Part shown: one piece after another, positions 10,199 to 20,254 of the stretch | Layout: each line of letters begins with the position of its first letter | Position numbering within the stretch: position 1 is the stretch's first letter | Origin: Candidatus Bathyarchaeota archaeon | GTDB taxonomy: Archaea > Thermoproteota > Bathyarchaeia > Bathyarchaeales > Bathycorpusculaceae | NCBI GenBank assembly: GCA_963826715.1 | Contig: CAWGYA010000008.1 | Coordinates: forward strand, 224,001-288,000 | DNA: 64,000 nucleotides | Direction of reading: 5' to 3' | The notes under the pieces: model-generated | Databases searched by the model: none | The model's input: the letters and a program-made list of their open reading frames with translations, nothing else | Told to the model about the DNA's origin: nothing | Position numbers and translations under genes: made by a program

Positions 10199-11845
10199 CT
10201 ACCTGTTTTGAAGTTGTCGCCGAAGGACTTTTCCCGCTGCACTTATGGGGAGATCACTTCGAAATTCGATTTCACGGATTACCTTGTACGGAGCCACTTG
10301 AGTATTTACATAAGACATCAGCTCCTCTGCAGAAGCTGTTGCACCTTCTTTTAGCACCACAAACGCTTTGGGAACTTGACCTGATGCCAAATCGGGCTTG
10401 CCCACCACTGCACATAGCTTCACTGCACGGTGCTCGTAGATTACATCTTCTAGTTCTCTGGGATAGACACTGTAGTCTTTATGTTTGATAATGTCTTTTT
10501 TGCGGTCCACAATGTAGAAAAAGCCGTCACTGTCAATACGAGCTATGTCCCCAGTTAAAAGCCAACCATCATGGAGAACCGCTGCAGTTTCGTCGGGACG
10601 ACGCCAGTAACCCATCATAACCTGCGGTCCCTTCACTATCAATTCACCTACGTCTCCGATGGAAAGCACCGGTGAACGCGTTTTCAAATCCACGATTTTG
10701 GCGTATGTATCTGGCAAAGGCAGCCCTATCGAACCCACCTTCAAGGGTAGCGTCTTGTCCACTGGATTGCAATGTGTAACTGGTGACGCCTCAGTTAACC
10801 CATAGCCTTCCGCCAAAAACCCCCCCGTGACATCCATGAAGCGCTTTTGTACTTGCGCCGGCAAAGATGAGGCTCCCGAGATACAAACACGAATCGATGA
10901 CAAATCGTAGCTTGCAAGTTCGGGTTGGTCTAGGAGCATCTGATACATAGTGGGAACGCCACAAAAAACTGTTACTTCATACTCAGTTATGGCATGAAGG
11001 GCTTTAGCTGGCTCGAATTTAGGCAGCAGCACTATTGTGGCTCCCACACTAATGGGTACTGAAAGACTTGTGGTCATACCATAAATGTGGAATAACGGAA
11101 GGGCAGTCAGAAAGGTATCGTTGCTTTTTGCTTGAATAAAATTCGCGAAAGCCATCGCGTTGGAGACCAGGTTATGATGGGTTAGCATTGCTCCTTTCGC
11201 CGTTCCCGTGGTTCCGCCTGTGTACTGAAGCGCCGCTAAATCAATGAGTGGATCAATGGGTATGGTAAGTTTGGAAGGGGAAGCCGCTTTCAGAAGTTGT
11301 TGGAAAGATAAAGTCTCTGAGATGCATGAGGGAGATGCCTTTTTAGCGCTGAACTCGTCGAGTCCAGTCACTATGACATGTTTGAGGTAAATTTTCTCCC
11401 TTGCCATCTTAACTATGGGATATAGGCTGTCAAGGGCCACTATGGTTTTTGCGCCCGAATCAGCCAGTTGAAATGCGACTTCACGTTCGCGGTGCAGGGG
11501 GCTTATAGAAGTAACAGTGGCATTTGCTTTTAGGGTCCCGAAGTAAGCGATTATAAATTGTGGGATGTTGGGCAAATAAAGAGCTATGCAGTCTCCTTTG
11601 CCTATTCCTAATGCATGAAGGGCGTTCGCAAATCGATTACACAACATATCCAATTCCGAATAAAATAATGTGCGCCCCCCAAAAATCACCGCCGCCTTCT
11701 CACTAAAACTCTGAGCTGACTCCTCAAGCACTCCTTGAAGTGAAATCGGTGGATAAACAATATGCTGAGGTACCCGAAGAGACCACGAGTTAACCTTAGG
11801 TAAATGTTGTTGCATCAAAGCACGTCGCTTTCCAAGTAATAACAT
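10199..11845 (-). CDS. long-chain acyl-CoA synthetase (AMP-forming); real start possibly 11815
   Basis: YTGGTTGTAKG, GYGLTE, TGD, RKKD, GKVLRR ANL motifs. Confidence 0.92.
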   Translation of the reverse strand: MLLLGKRRALMQQHLPKVNSWSLRVPQHIVYPPISLQGVLEESAQSFSEKAAVIFGGRTLFYSELDMLCNRFANALHALGIGKGDCIALYLPNIPQFIIAYFGTLKANATVTSISPLHREREVAFQLADSGAKTIVALDSLYPIVKMAREKIYLKHVIVTGLDEFSAKKASPSCISETLSFQQLLKAASPSKLTIPIDPLIDLAALQYTGGTTGTAKGAMLTHHNLVSNAMAFANFIQAKSNDTFLTALPLFHIYGMTTSLSVPISVGATIVLLPKFEPAKALHAITEYEVTVFCGVPTMYQMLLDQPELASYDLSSIRVCISGASSLPAQVQKRFMDVTGGFLAEGYGLTEASPVTHCNPVDKTLPLKVGSIGLPLPDTYAKIVDLKTRSPVLSIGDVGELIVKGPQVMMGYWRRPDETAAVLHDGWLLTGDIARIDSDGFFYIVDRKKDIIKHKDYSVYPRELEDVIYEHRAVKLCAVVGKPDLASGQVPKAFVVLKEGATASAEELMSYVNTQVAPYKVIREIEFRSDLPISAAGKVLRRQLQNR

Positions 11846-11860
11846 ACAGGTAAAATAACT

Positions 11861-11968
11861 TGGTGCCGGGGGCGGGATTCGAGCCCGCGACTTCTGGCAC
11901 TGGGCGGTTGGCCCTACTTGTCTCCAGATTATGAGTCTGGCGCCCTAGCCAGGCTAGGCTACCCCGGC
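11861..11968 (-). tRNA. elongator tRNA-Met(CAU), encoded CCA, 30-nt intron at 11892-11921 (position 45/46)
   Basis: Acceptor GCCGGGG/CCCCGGC-A-CCA; D stem GCCT/GGGC; anticodon arm CCAGA-CTCATAA-TCTGG; T arm GCGGG-CTCGAAT-CCCGC; removing the insert gives a 78-nt cloverleaf with variable loop AGGTC. GCCGGGG start fits elongator Met, not initiator or Ile2. Confidence 0.92.
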
Positions 11969-12284
11969 AAACCTCACCAAAACGGTGGCGTCGGAGTGTT
12001 TAGTCTGAATTCTTTGATTTAAACTTTTAAAACTCTGTCGAAGTTTTCTCTTAGTTATAGCCACATAATAGTAATATCCTTAGAAAACTCGGGGGAAATC
12101 GTTGAAAGTCATATGCAAAATATTCAAAAGTTCTGTGCAAACGCCGTCCTTTGAATAAGTAGGGGGTCAAAAATGGAGGAATCAGGTGAACTAAACCTCA
12201 AACGCGTTCACCTACATATTGTTGCATAAAATCTAACAATAAATTTATTGGCTCGAAAAACCCAAATTACACTAAGGTGAAAGT

Positions 12285-12881
12285 GTGTCTTCAGAAGGCG
12301 AGGATTTTTCAGAATGGTTCAAAAAACGCCGCAGTTCATCCAAGGACCCCTTCTTCGGCGATATAGAAAATATGTTCCGTGAAATGGAGAAGATGATGGA
12401 TGAAGAACTCAAAGGGTTCACGAATAAGATCCCTAAGGAATACGTAAAGGAACGTCAGTTACCTGATGGCAGCACCATTAAGGAACTGGGTCCTTTTGTA
12501 TATGGTTACAGCATGAAGATAGGATCCGACGGCAAACCTGAAATCCAAAAATTCGGCAACATCAAAAAAGGACTCAAAGGAACTCCACAAGTCAAAGAGG
12601 AGCGGGAACCACTGGTGGATATTGTAGAAACAAATGGGGAAGTGCGTGTAGTGGTGGAACTTCCAGGTGTAGAGAAAACTGACATCAAGCTACATGGGAC
12701 AGAAGATTCTCTGGAAATATCGGTTGATACAGCCAACTACAAATACTACAAGGAAGTTGATTTAACCACAAAAGTTCGAATAATAGAAGCAAAATCCACC
12801 TACAAAAACGGCGTGTTAGAAGTTGTGTTGCCAAAAGCCGGATCCTCCAAAAACAAAGGAGTAGCCTTAGACATTGGCTAA
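12285..12881 (+). CDS. hsp20: archaeal small heat-shock protein Hsp20
   Basis: GPFVYGYSMKIG, EREPLVD, ELPGVEK, STYKNGVLEV alpha-crystallin motifs. Confidence 0.93.
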   Translation: MSSEGEDFSEWFKKRRSSSKDPFFGDIENMFREMEKMMDEELKGFTNKIPKEYVKERQLPDGSTIKELGPFVYGYSMKIGSDGKPEIQKFGNIKKGLKGTPQVKEEREPLVDIVETNGEVRVVVELPGVEKTDIKLHGTEDSLEISVDTANYKYYKEVDLTTKVRIIEAKSTYKNGVLEVVLPKAGSSKNKGVALDIG

Positions 12882-12905
12882 CTCATAATCTTCTTCAGTA
12901 GTGTA

Positions 12906-13319
12906 ATGATGACGGAATCCTCAGAAATAGACACCCTAAATGCAGTCTGCAGAGATGCTAAAGTAGCGGGCAAACTGTCAGGAGACAATCTAACGCAACT
13001 CTATGAGTTATTTGGTTCACGCTTCACCAAAGCGCTTGACGCAGTGAAAGAAGGCAGAGTAAAAAAATACGTTTTTAAGCCTTCGGGAAGGGTTATTTGG
13101 ATTGTTCTGGGTAGAGAACGCGATTATCTTATTATGCCCAATGCAGAGTTCTGTCCATGCGATGATTTTTACTTCAGGGTACTTGACAGGAAAGTGCATA
13201 TGTGTTATCACTTGCTTACTCAGAAAATAGCTCAGAATCTGGGTTGGTTTGAACTTTTTGAGGAAAAAGACGATTGTTATGAAATGCTGATGAATGAGTG
13301 GAAAAAAGCTACTCCTTAA
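12906..13319 (+). CDS. SWIM zinc-finger protein
   Basis: CPCDDF...CYH (CxC..CxH) signature. Confidence 0.8.
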   Translation: MMTESSEIDTLNAVCRDAKVAGKLSGDNLTQLYELFGSRFTKALDAVKEGRVKKYVFKPSGRVIWIVLGRERDYLIMPNAEFCPCDDFYFRVLDRKVHMCYHLLTQKIAQNLGWFELFEEKDDCYEMLMNEWKKATP

Positions 13320-13362
13320 ATATGAAGAGTTACAAGAATACGGATAATACAGAGGAACCTCG

Positions 13363-13488
13363 ATGGATATAGGCGCATACTTCATAACCCTGCAGTACGT
13401 CCTGATGGGCTCAACTTTCATTGCTTTAGCCTTAATTTTCCTGTACGCATATTATGGCAGAAGCGAAGAAGAAGAGAAAGACGAATAA
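13363..13488 (+). CDS. 41-aa single-TM micro-protein (not in ORF track)
   Basis: MDIGAYFITLQYVLMGSTFIALALIFLYAYYGRSEEEEKDE*, GAGG upstream, fills the gap between SWIM and DUF131 genes. Confidence 0.6.
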   Translation: MDIGAYFITLQYVLMGSTFIALALIFLYAYYGRSEEEEKDE

Positions 13489-13501
13489 GATCCTATAATT
13501 T

Positions 13502-13780
13502 CTAAATCCTCTTTACTTTTCGGTTGAATACCAAAAATAACACTAAACTAATTATCGTTAATACCACACTGATTGCAATTAACCAGCCAGAGTCCGAGCC
13601 CGAACCGAACACAATCGGTATGGGACCAATCAATATAACGCCACTCACGTTTCCTGAACTCCCAAAGGCAACCGATACCACAACGATAATAGCAATGCCA
13701 ATAACAACCAGGGTTATCCCCAAATAAAGCAACATCAACAATCTGCTTGAAACCACAAACTCCTTATTTACACCAATCAC
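13502..13780 (-). CDS. DUF131/TIGR00304 membrane protein
   Basis: GVILIGPIPIVFG signature. Confidence 0.85.
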   Translation of the reverse strand: MIGVNKEFVVSSRLLMLLYLGITLVVIGIAIIVVVSVAFGSSGNVSGVILIGPIPIVFGSGSDSGWLIAISVVLTIISLVLFLVFNRKVKRI

Positions 13781-13789
13781 CGCCTACAT

Positions 13790-14083
13790 CTATCTCCAGA
13801 ACCAATAATGCATCAAAAAGAAAGTTATAACAACTATCGTTAGAGCTAATGCGAGCACCAAAACCGTTTTAGTCAATTTCTTGTCTGAGCCAAAGATAAT
13901 AGGAATGGGTCCTATCATAATTACGCCTGCACTATGCACACTTTTTTTCTCATCACGCGTAATTATTGAAGCCACAGCGATAACGATAACTATAATACCG
14001 ACTATAACCAGCGCGATTCCGAGCGTGTAAAAAACCGTTAAATCAGCCATTTGATGCGTCCAAGATAGATTGGAACTACCCAT
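13790..14083 (-). CDS. DUF131/TIGR00304 membrane protein (tandem paralogue)
   Basis: GVIMIGPIPIIFG signature. Confidence 0.85.
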   Translation of the reverse strand: MGSSNLSWTHQMADLTVFYTLGIALVIVGIIVIVIAVASIITRDEKKSVHSAGVIMIGPIPIIFGSDKKLTKTVLVLALALTIVVITFFLMHYWFWR

Positions 14084-14159
14084 TTAATAAATATGGCCAG
14101 AAGGGACAGTCAAGGATAAAAATTAAAAGCGCTGGTATGCATAATCGTGTCGTCGCAAA

Positions 14160-14999
14160 TTGTCAATCCAAGATATTATCGAACAGATTCAAGCCAAGAA
14201 CCCCCATTTCACAGCTGCTCAAATTTTTGAGCAGTTAGCTGATGAACGGGATAAATCTGGCGGGTTATTAAGTGATGAGACATTGATGCGATTAATTGCC
14301 GCCAAATCTGGGGTTTCGGTGAAGCAGAATCTCTTCAACACCAGCAGCGTCCTCTTAACAAATCGACTATTTGCTGGGCTCTATGATGCTACTGTTGCTG
14401 GGCGATTGCTGGCTGTTTTTCGAGTTAAAACCTTTCAAGGGCTGGAAAAAACAGGCAAATTCGCCAAGTTGTTGCTTGGCGATGAATCTGGGCTTTTGCA
14501 TGTTATTCTCTGGAACGAGAAGGCGGAGCTGGTGGAACGAGGCGAGTTGAAGGCTGGGCAGACCGTACAACTGCTACATTGCTACACACGGGAAGATCGG
14601 TACGGTAAAGTGGAGCTGCACCTTGGCAGCAAAAGCCAAATCGAAATCCAAAATGACTCAGAAGCTGATAGTTATCCCTCCATCGAGAAATTCACTACAA
14701 AAATCAACAGCATCACAGCCAGTTCGGGCAACATACACCTATTGGGCACTGTAAAGGCGGTTCTTGGCAAAAGCAGCTTTCATAGAAACGACAATAACGA
14801 TGGAGTTGTACTGCGATTATCGTTTAGAGACGACTCAGGCGAGGTAATGGTTGTCGTCTGGAACGAGAAGGTTGAAGAAATCGAGAAAACTCTCAGAGAC
14901 AGCCCAAGGCTGCTTTTGGTTAATGCTCGCGTGAAGGAAGCAAAAAGCGGACTAATCGAAGTGCATGTAGACTCCACCACTGCAATTCAAACCCAGTAG
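14160..14999 (+). CDS. replication protein A-like ssDNA-binding protein (two OB folds)
   Basis: GGLLSDE N-terminal helix; two repeats DESG..ILWNEKA / DDSGEV.VVVWNEK. Confidence 0.85.
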   Translation: MSIQDIIEQIQAKNPHFTAAQIFEQLADERDKSGGLLSDETLMRLIAAKSGVSVKQNLFNTSSVLLTNRLFAGLYDATVAGRLLAVFRVKTFQGLEKTGKFAKLLLGDESGLLHVILWNEKAELVERGELKAGQTVQLLHCYTREDRYGKVELHLGSKSQIEIQNDSEADSYPSIEKFTTKINSITASSGNIHLLGTVKAVLGKSSFHRNDNNDGVVLRLSFRDDSGEVMVVVWNEKVEEIEKTLRDSPRLLLVNARVKEAKSGLIEVHVDSTTAIQTQ

Positions 15000-15283
15000 C
15001 AAAAAAGAAGGCTATATTTATTTGATTCAGTTTTTTGTCGAGACCATCCCTGTAGTCTAGCATCTACAACAATTTGCTGCGATAGAGTTGACACAGTTAA
15101 TTGTAATTTTCTGACCGGAAGAAGACGGGAACATATCAGAAGAGAAGAAATATTTGCGCCTACCTGGGAGCTTCAATGACTTTCCTTTGACGCTATGTTT
15201 TTGGGATAGCTTTATGTTTAGAGTTATAGGCATGAAACCAGCCCCCAAAGTTATTAAATATAATATGTTCTTACTTTTTTCAA

Positions 15284-15763
15284 TTATTTTTTGGGATTAG
15301 CAGGAACTTTTTTGATTTTATATGCATGCCGAAGGGTTGCTGCTTGGGTTTTTACCCGTTGGAAACGCTTTTTGGTATTAGTTAACTCTGATAGCTTTAT
15401 GACATCTTGGACTTTGCTGAATTTTTCGGTTGTGCCATCTTCGCGGGTTCGCTCAACTTTGATACAGTCATCGACCATGCAGTTAACGACACAAGCCCCA
15501 CAGTAAACGCAAAGATCATCGATTATGCCGACTTCGCCCATACCCCAGTAGAGTGCGTTGGTTGGACACTTCTGCACACAGAGCTTACATTGACCTCCGA
15601 CACAAGTAAATTTGTTAATGCTAATTTTGCCATCTTTAAACAGATCCTTTACGCCAGTCGGCTCTAAAAGTTCCTTTCGCCGCTTCTTTTTTTCTTCTTC
15701 TTCACCCAATGCTTCCTCTTCTTCATTCATTAAGTCGAATATAGAAGGCGGATTTGTCGGCAT
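15284..15763 (-). CDS. 2x[4Fe-4S] ferredoxin-domain protein
   Basis: CVGGQCKLCVQKCP and CVYCGACVVNC. Confidence 0.85.
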   Translation of the reverse strand: MPTNPPSIFDLMNEEEEALGEEEEKKKRRKELLEPTGVKDLFKDGKISINKFTCVGGQCKLCVQKCPTNALYWGMGEVGIIDDLCVYCGACVVNCMVDDCIKVERTREDGTTEKFSKVQDVIKLSELTNTKKRFQRVKTQAATLRHAYKIKKVPANPKK

Positions 15764-15943
15764 TGAAGGATCACCGGGGTTGTTAAAAAATTGGTGTAGA
15801 ATTATAATTACTTATCTTAAAGCTTTAGATGATTTTAACGAATAAACATACCTAATTCTGTTGCTTCATTTGTGTTTGCTCAGTACGCTTTTAATACTTC
15901 CCAAATCTTCGTTTAATATCAGCCTAAGGTCTGAAGAACCAAA

Positions 15944-17410
15944 ATGAGCCCAAATCTAACTCAAAACAGCCCTCCCATATCTAATGTTACGCCACACAGC
16001 CGCATTATATTAGCGATAATTGTTTTGGGCACACTTATGGGCGCTTTAGACAGCACTATCGTTCTCTTGGCGTTTCCAGTTATTAACGATAGTCTCAATT
16101 CAGATCTCGCTACCTCCATTTGGATTATTATCGCCTATCTTCTGGTACTTGCTGTTGCCACGACCCAAATGGGCAGAATCGGCGACAGCTACGGGCGCAG
16201 TAAAATCTTTAACAGTGGATTTATTGTCTTCACAATTGGTTCAGTTTTATGCGGATTATCGACGAGCATCTACATTTTGATTGGTTCTAGGATTATTCAA
16301 GCGGTGGGCGGTGCCATTTTGCAGGCAACTAGCGGAGCGATAATAGCTGATGTTTTTCCACCTCAAGTCCGTGGTCGAGCGTATGGTTACAATGCCCTTG
16401 GTTACACATCTGGGGCTATGTTAGGTATAGTTTTGGGTGGTATCTTAACAACCTTCATCAGTTGGCAATACATTTTCTTCATTAACATCCCCATAGGCGC
16501 TGTCGCAACCACCATAGGCTTGAAGTATCTTAAAGATACAAGCAAAACGTACAAAAAAATCGATTTTATTGGAATGGTACTTCTTGCCGCAGCATTGGTC
16601 ATGATTACGTTGGGACTTGTGAATTTTGCCGCGCAGGGGCTCAGCATCTTCAACCTCGTGACAACTTTAGTTGGTACTGCATTGGTTCCTGTTTTCATAG
16701 CCTACGATAGTAAATTGACCAATCCACTAATTGACTTTGAAGCCTTCAAAAACAAGGTGTTACGCAATGCGGTTTTCTCAGCGTTTTTCCTCAGCGTCGG
16801 CTACTTCAGCGTCGTTTTCCTGTTAATTATGTATCTACAAGGAATTCGGGGCCTCTCACCTTTGGATGCATCTTTACTGCTTGTTCCTGGCTATGTGGCA
16901 GGTAGCTTTCTTGGTCCAATCATGGGGCGCCTCTCAGACAAGTATGGTTCAAGGGGAATCGCGACGGCGGGAGTATTTTTCCTTTCGGCAGCTATCCTGA
17001 TATACCTCACAATGACTACGTCATCTTCCCTCTACATCGTTTTGTTAGGATCAGCCGTTTCAGGACTTGGCACATCGATGTTCTTCCCCGCCAACAATAG
17101 CGCCGTTATGGCAAACGCCCGCCAAGGATCCTACGGCAGCATCTCAGGTGTACTACGTACAGTGCAGAACATCGGTTTGGTCGGTAGTTTTGTGATGGCA
17201 ATTTCTGTTGCTTCAGTTTCGATTCCCCGATCGGTAGCATTTGAGGTTTTCATCGGGACCTCAAACTTGACAGGAGGCATCAGCAACGAGTTCCTGTCGG
17301 GCATCCACAACGCCTTCTATGCCTCTATAGTCATCCTGATCATCGCTGGTGTACTCTCCTATTTCAGGGGTAAGGAAGTCCGCAAGGTAATAACGTATCC
17401 TAAAACCTAA
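15944..17410 (+). CDS. MFS transporter, DHA2-type (14 TM)
   Basis: LDSTIV, GRIGDSYGR, WQYIFFINIPIG, GRLSDKYG. Confidence 0.92.
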   Translation: MSPNLTQNSPPISNVTPHSRIILAIIVLGTLMGALDSTIVLLAFPVINDSLNSDLATSIWIIIAYLLVLAVATTQMGRIGDSYGRSKIFNSGFIVFTIGSVLCGLSTSIYILIGSRIIQAVGGAILQATSGAIIADVFPPQVRGRAYGYNALGYTSGAMLGIVLGGILTTFISWQYIFFINIPIGAVATTIGLKYLKDTSKTYKKIDFIGMVLLAAALVMITLGLVNFAAQGLSIFNLVTTLVGTALVPVFIAYDSKLTNPLIDFEAFKNKVLRNAVFSAFFLSVGYFSVVFLLIMYLQGIRGLSPLDASLLLVPGYVAGSFLGPIMGRLSDKYGSRGIATAGVFFLSAAILIYLTMTTSSSLYIVLLGSAVSGLGTSMFFPANNSAVMANARQGSYGSISGVLRTVQNIGLVGSFVMAISVASVSIPRSVAFEVFIGTSNLTGGISNEFLSGIHNAFYASIVILIIAGVLSYFRGKEVRKVITYPKT

Positions 17411-17454
17411 TACCGACAACGTTCAATTGATTAACTTACAGGCGGTAGCGGTCC

Positions 17455-18402
17455 TTGAATAAACCCAAATTCGGTGTCTTTCTACCATTCTATTGCTTTC
17501 AAAGCGTGACAGCCAAAAAGCACTATGAACAACTAAAAAAAATTGTTTTGGAGTGTGAACGGTTGGAATACGATTCGGTTTGGCTGGATGATCATCTAAT
17601 GTATGGTGATACACCGATTCTGGAATGCTGGACGACCCTAACAGCACTGGCGGTCTCAACAAGTACAATTCGCCTCGGTACCATGGTAGCATGTACAGCT
17701 CATCACAACCCCGCTTGGCTAGCTAAAGCTGCTGCTGCATTTGATGTAATCTCTGATGGGCGCCTTGAGCTGGGGTTGGGCTCTGGGGCACAGAAGAAGG
17801 AACACGACGCCTATGGCTTTGGTTTTGGCAAACCCAAAGTCAGGGCAAATCAACTGGCAGAGTCATTGGAAATACTTAGGAGACTATGGATTGAAAAGGA
17901 AACCAGCTTCCAGGGCACACACTACCAGCTAAACGGCGCTGTCTGCGAACCTAAACCTCAGCAAAAGCCCCACCCACCAGTTATAGTGGGTGGAAGCGGA
18001 GAAAAACACACCTTGCCCGTAACCGCCAGATATGCAGATCGTTATGATTGGGGCTATTTACCTTTTGAAGAATATAGACATAAACTTGGAGTTTTGGAAC
18101 GGATGTGTAAAGAGACGGGGAGGGATTTCACTGAGATTGAGAGATCATGTTGGCCAAGTGGGCAGATACTGATTGCGGAAACTAAAAAAAAGTTAGATGC
18201 CAAGGTTGCCAAGTTTAAGCCCAAAGGTGTTTCAATGGAAAATTTTTTAAAGTACACATTGGCTGCGACGCCCATAGATTGCGTGGATCGTTTACGAGTT
18301 TACCGTGAATTAGGAGCATCTTATTTTATGCTTTACTTCGCCGATTTACCTAGCCTAGATGGGCTGCGATTGTTTAGCAGTATCACCCGCGAATTGATTT
18401 AG
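17455..18402 (+). CDS. luciferase-like (LLM) probably F420-dependent oxidoreductase
   Basis: DSVWLDDH, IRLGTMV, SDGRLELGLGSG, PKPQQKPHPPVIVGGSGE. Confidence 0.88.
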   Translation: MNKPKFGVFLPFYCFQSVTAKKHYEQLKKIVLECERLEYDSVWLDDHLMYGDTPILECWTTLTALAVSTSTIRLGTMVACTAHHNPAWLAKAAAAFDVISDGRLELGLGSGAQKKEHDAYGFGFGKPKVRANQLAESLEILRRLWIEKETSFQGTHYQLNGAVCEPKPQQKPHPPVIVGGSGEKHTLPVTARYADRYDWGYLPFEEYRHKLGVLERMCKETGRDFTEIERSCWPSGQILIAETKKKLDAKVAKFKPKGVSMENFLKYTLAATPIDCVDRLRVYRELGASYFMLYFADLPSLDGLRLFSSITRELI

Positions 18403-18736
18403 AGGTCTCTAAAGGATGTTTTTGTAAAGGCTTAGATGATGTTTTCTTTGCGTTTGCTCTAGTTTTTTAGGACCAGCACTAATCATCGTCGATAAAAACA
18501 TTTGATTGAAATAATGCGGATTATTCGCATTATATTTACGTCAGGGTACCATTTTTCATTCATTTTTTATTTTTCGGGCTTGAATTTCAGCCTTCAACAC
18601 AAAACCCTGGTACAGATGCATTTAAGAAATAGCCGCATTGCCTTCGGGGAAATTAGAAAATAAAAATCGCTGGAATACTCTAAAAGCCTTTAGGTTATTG
18701 CAGCACAACTATAAACTGAGGAAATGGAAAAAGAAG

Positions 18737-20254
18737 TTATTGTTTTTGTTTGCCGTTGTAGTCGGTTTTAAGAACGTTCATTCCACTTAGCACCGCTTCG
18801 ATGCTGGCTTTCACTATGTCTTCGCGGACACCTATTGCAGCTACTGTTCGGTTGCCTTCGCGAAGGTGCACCACTACCTCAACCATAGCATCAGTTCCAC
18901 CCGTGATTGCTTTGACATTGTACTGCTCAAGGGTTATGGGTTCAGTTTCGGAAAGCGCTGCTTTAACAGCATTAATGGTTGCGTCAACTGGACCGACTCC
19001 AATCGCGCTGCCCCATACGTATTTCCCGTTAAGTTTGAGCTTAACCGAGGCGGTTGAGGTGACTTTGTTACCTCCTACGAACGTCATCTCTTCGAGCTCA
19101 ATCGGCTTAACTCCGCCGAGCCCCATGACGGTTTCGGCTATGGCAAGTACATCGGCGTCCATTACTGATTTCCCTTTGTCGCCTAGTTCCTTTATACGCT
19201 GCATGATTTCGTGGAATTGCGGTTCACTGGGTTTTAGACCCATATTAGAGAGGTCGTTGCGGATAGCGTTTGAGCCGCTGTGTTTGCCGGGAGCAATTCT
19301 ACGGGTGCACCCAACGAGTTCAGGAGCAATGGGCTCATAAGTAAGAGGGTTTGCCAGGACACCTTGAGTGTGGATACCTGACTCATGTGTGAAGGCGTTT
19401 TCACCTACAACTGCTTTGTTGGGCTGCATATGCACACCTGTTAGTCTTGAAACGAGTTGGCTGGTGCTGTAGAGTAACTCAGTTTTAATGTTAAGGTCCA
19501 ACTTATAGAATGTGCGTAGTGCAACAACGATTTCTTCAAGCGCAGCATTGCCTGCCCGTTCACCTAACCCGTTTATAGTTGCGTGGCATTCTTCAACTCC
19601 CGTAGCTAATGCAACGATAGAGTTGGCAACTGCCATCCCGAAGTCGTTGTGGCAATGCACCCCCATTGGAACCTTGATTGATTCTTTTAATTTGGTGAAG
19701 AATTCGGAAGTGCGCTCGGGAGTAAGGTATCCAACAGTATCACATGGCGTCAGGCGTTGTGCACCTGCGCCTACTGCAGTCTCGAAGACTTTGGTTAAAT
19801 ATTCCAAATCCGAGCGCGTGGCATCTTCAGCTAAGAGCTCAACGATTAAGCCGTGATCTTTGGCGTAGCTAACGCAATCTTCAGTTATCTTTAGCACCTG
19901 CTCACGGGTCTTGCGTAACTTGCATTCTATATGCAAGTCGGAGGTGGGTATAATCATGCTGATAGTAGAGGCTCCGGATTTCAAGACGGCATCGATATCA
20001 CCGCGGGTACCGCGGGCTGCGCTACTGATTTCCGCGTGTAGTCCCTGTTTGGCGATGGTGCTTATTGATTTGAGTTCACCCTCGCTCACAGCAGCGAACC
20101 CAGCTTCAATCACATCCACTCCTAACTCATCGAGCCTCTGGGCTATACGCAGCTTATTTTCAGGTACAAGTGAAACTCCGGGTGTTTGTTCTCCATCACG
20201 CAAGGTGGTGTCTAAAAATTTTACAGACTTAGGGAAGCGGTTGAATAAAGCAAT
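18737..20254 (-). CDS. cimA: (R)-citramalate synthase (LeuA family); start codon uncertain
   Basis: VKFLDTTLRDGEQ, PTSDLH, AEDATRS, CDTVG, HCHND, GKHSG, C-terminal regulatory domain. CDTVG/GKHSG resemble methanogen CimA more than LeuA. Frame is open upstream of track start 20203 but has no ATG/GTG/TTG there. Confidence 0.72.
   Translation of the reverse strand: MALFNRFPKSVKFLDTTLRDGEQTPGVSLVPENKLRIAQRLDELGVDVIEAGFAAVSEGELKSISTIAKQGLHAEISSAARGTRGDIDAVLKSGASTISMIIPTSDLHIECKLRKTREQVLKITEDCVSYAKDHGLIVELLAEDATRSDLEYLTKVFETAVGAGAQRLTPCDTVGYLTPERTSEFFTKLKESIKVPMGVHCHNDFGMAVANSIVALATGVEECHATINGLGERAGNAALEEIVVALRTFYKLDLNIKTELLYSTSQLVSRLTGVHMQPNKAVVGENAFTHESGIHTQGVLANPLTYEPIAPELVGCTRRIAPGKHSGSNAIRNDLSNMGLKPSEPQFHEIMQRIKELGDKGKSVMDADVLAIAETVMGLGGVKPIELEEMTFVGGNKVTSTASVKLKLNGKYVWGSAIGVGPVDATINAVKAALSETEPITLEQYNVKAITGGTDAMVEVVVHLREGNRTVAAIGVREDIVKASIEAVLSGMNVLKTDYNGKQKQ

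Noticed and set aside
15057-15248. 63-aa ORF ending CCRC
   Set aside because: No recognisable family or clear RBS; cannot be distinguished from a chance ORF
18511-18533. Palindrome ATAATGCGGA-TTA-TTCGCATTAT between convergent genes
   Set aside because: Isolated, with no gene start nearby; at most a terminator-associated or chance dyad
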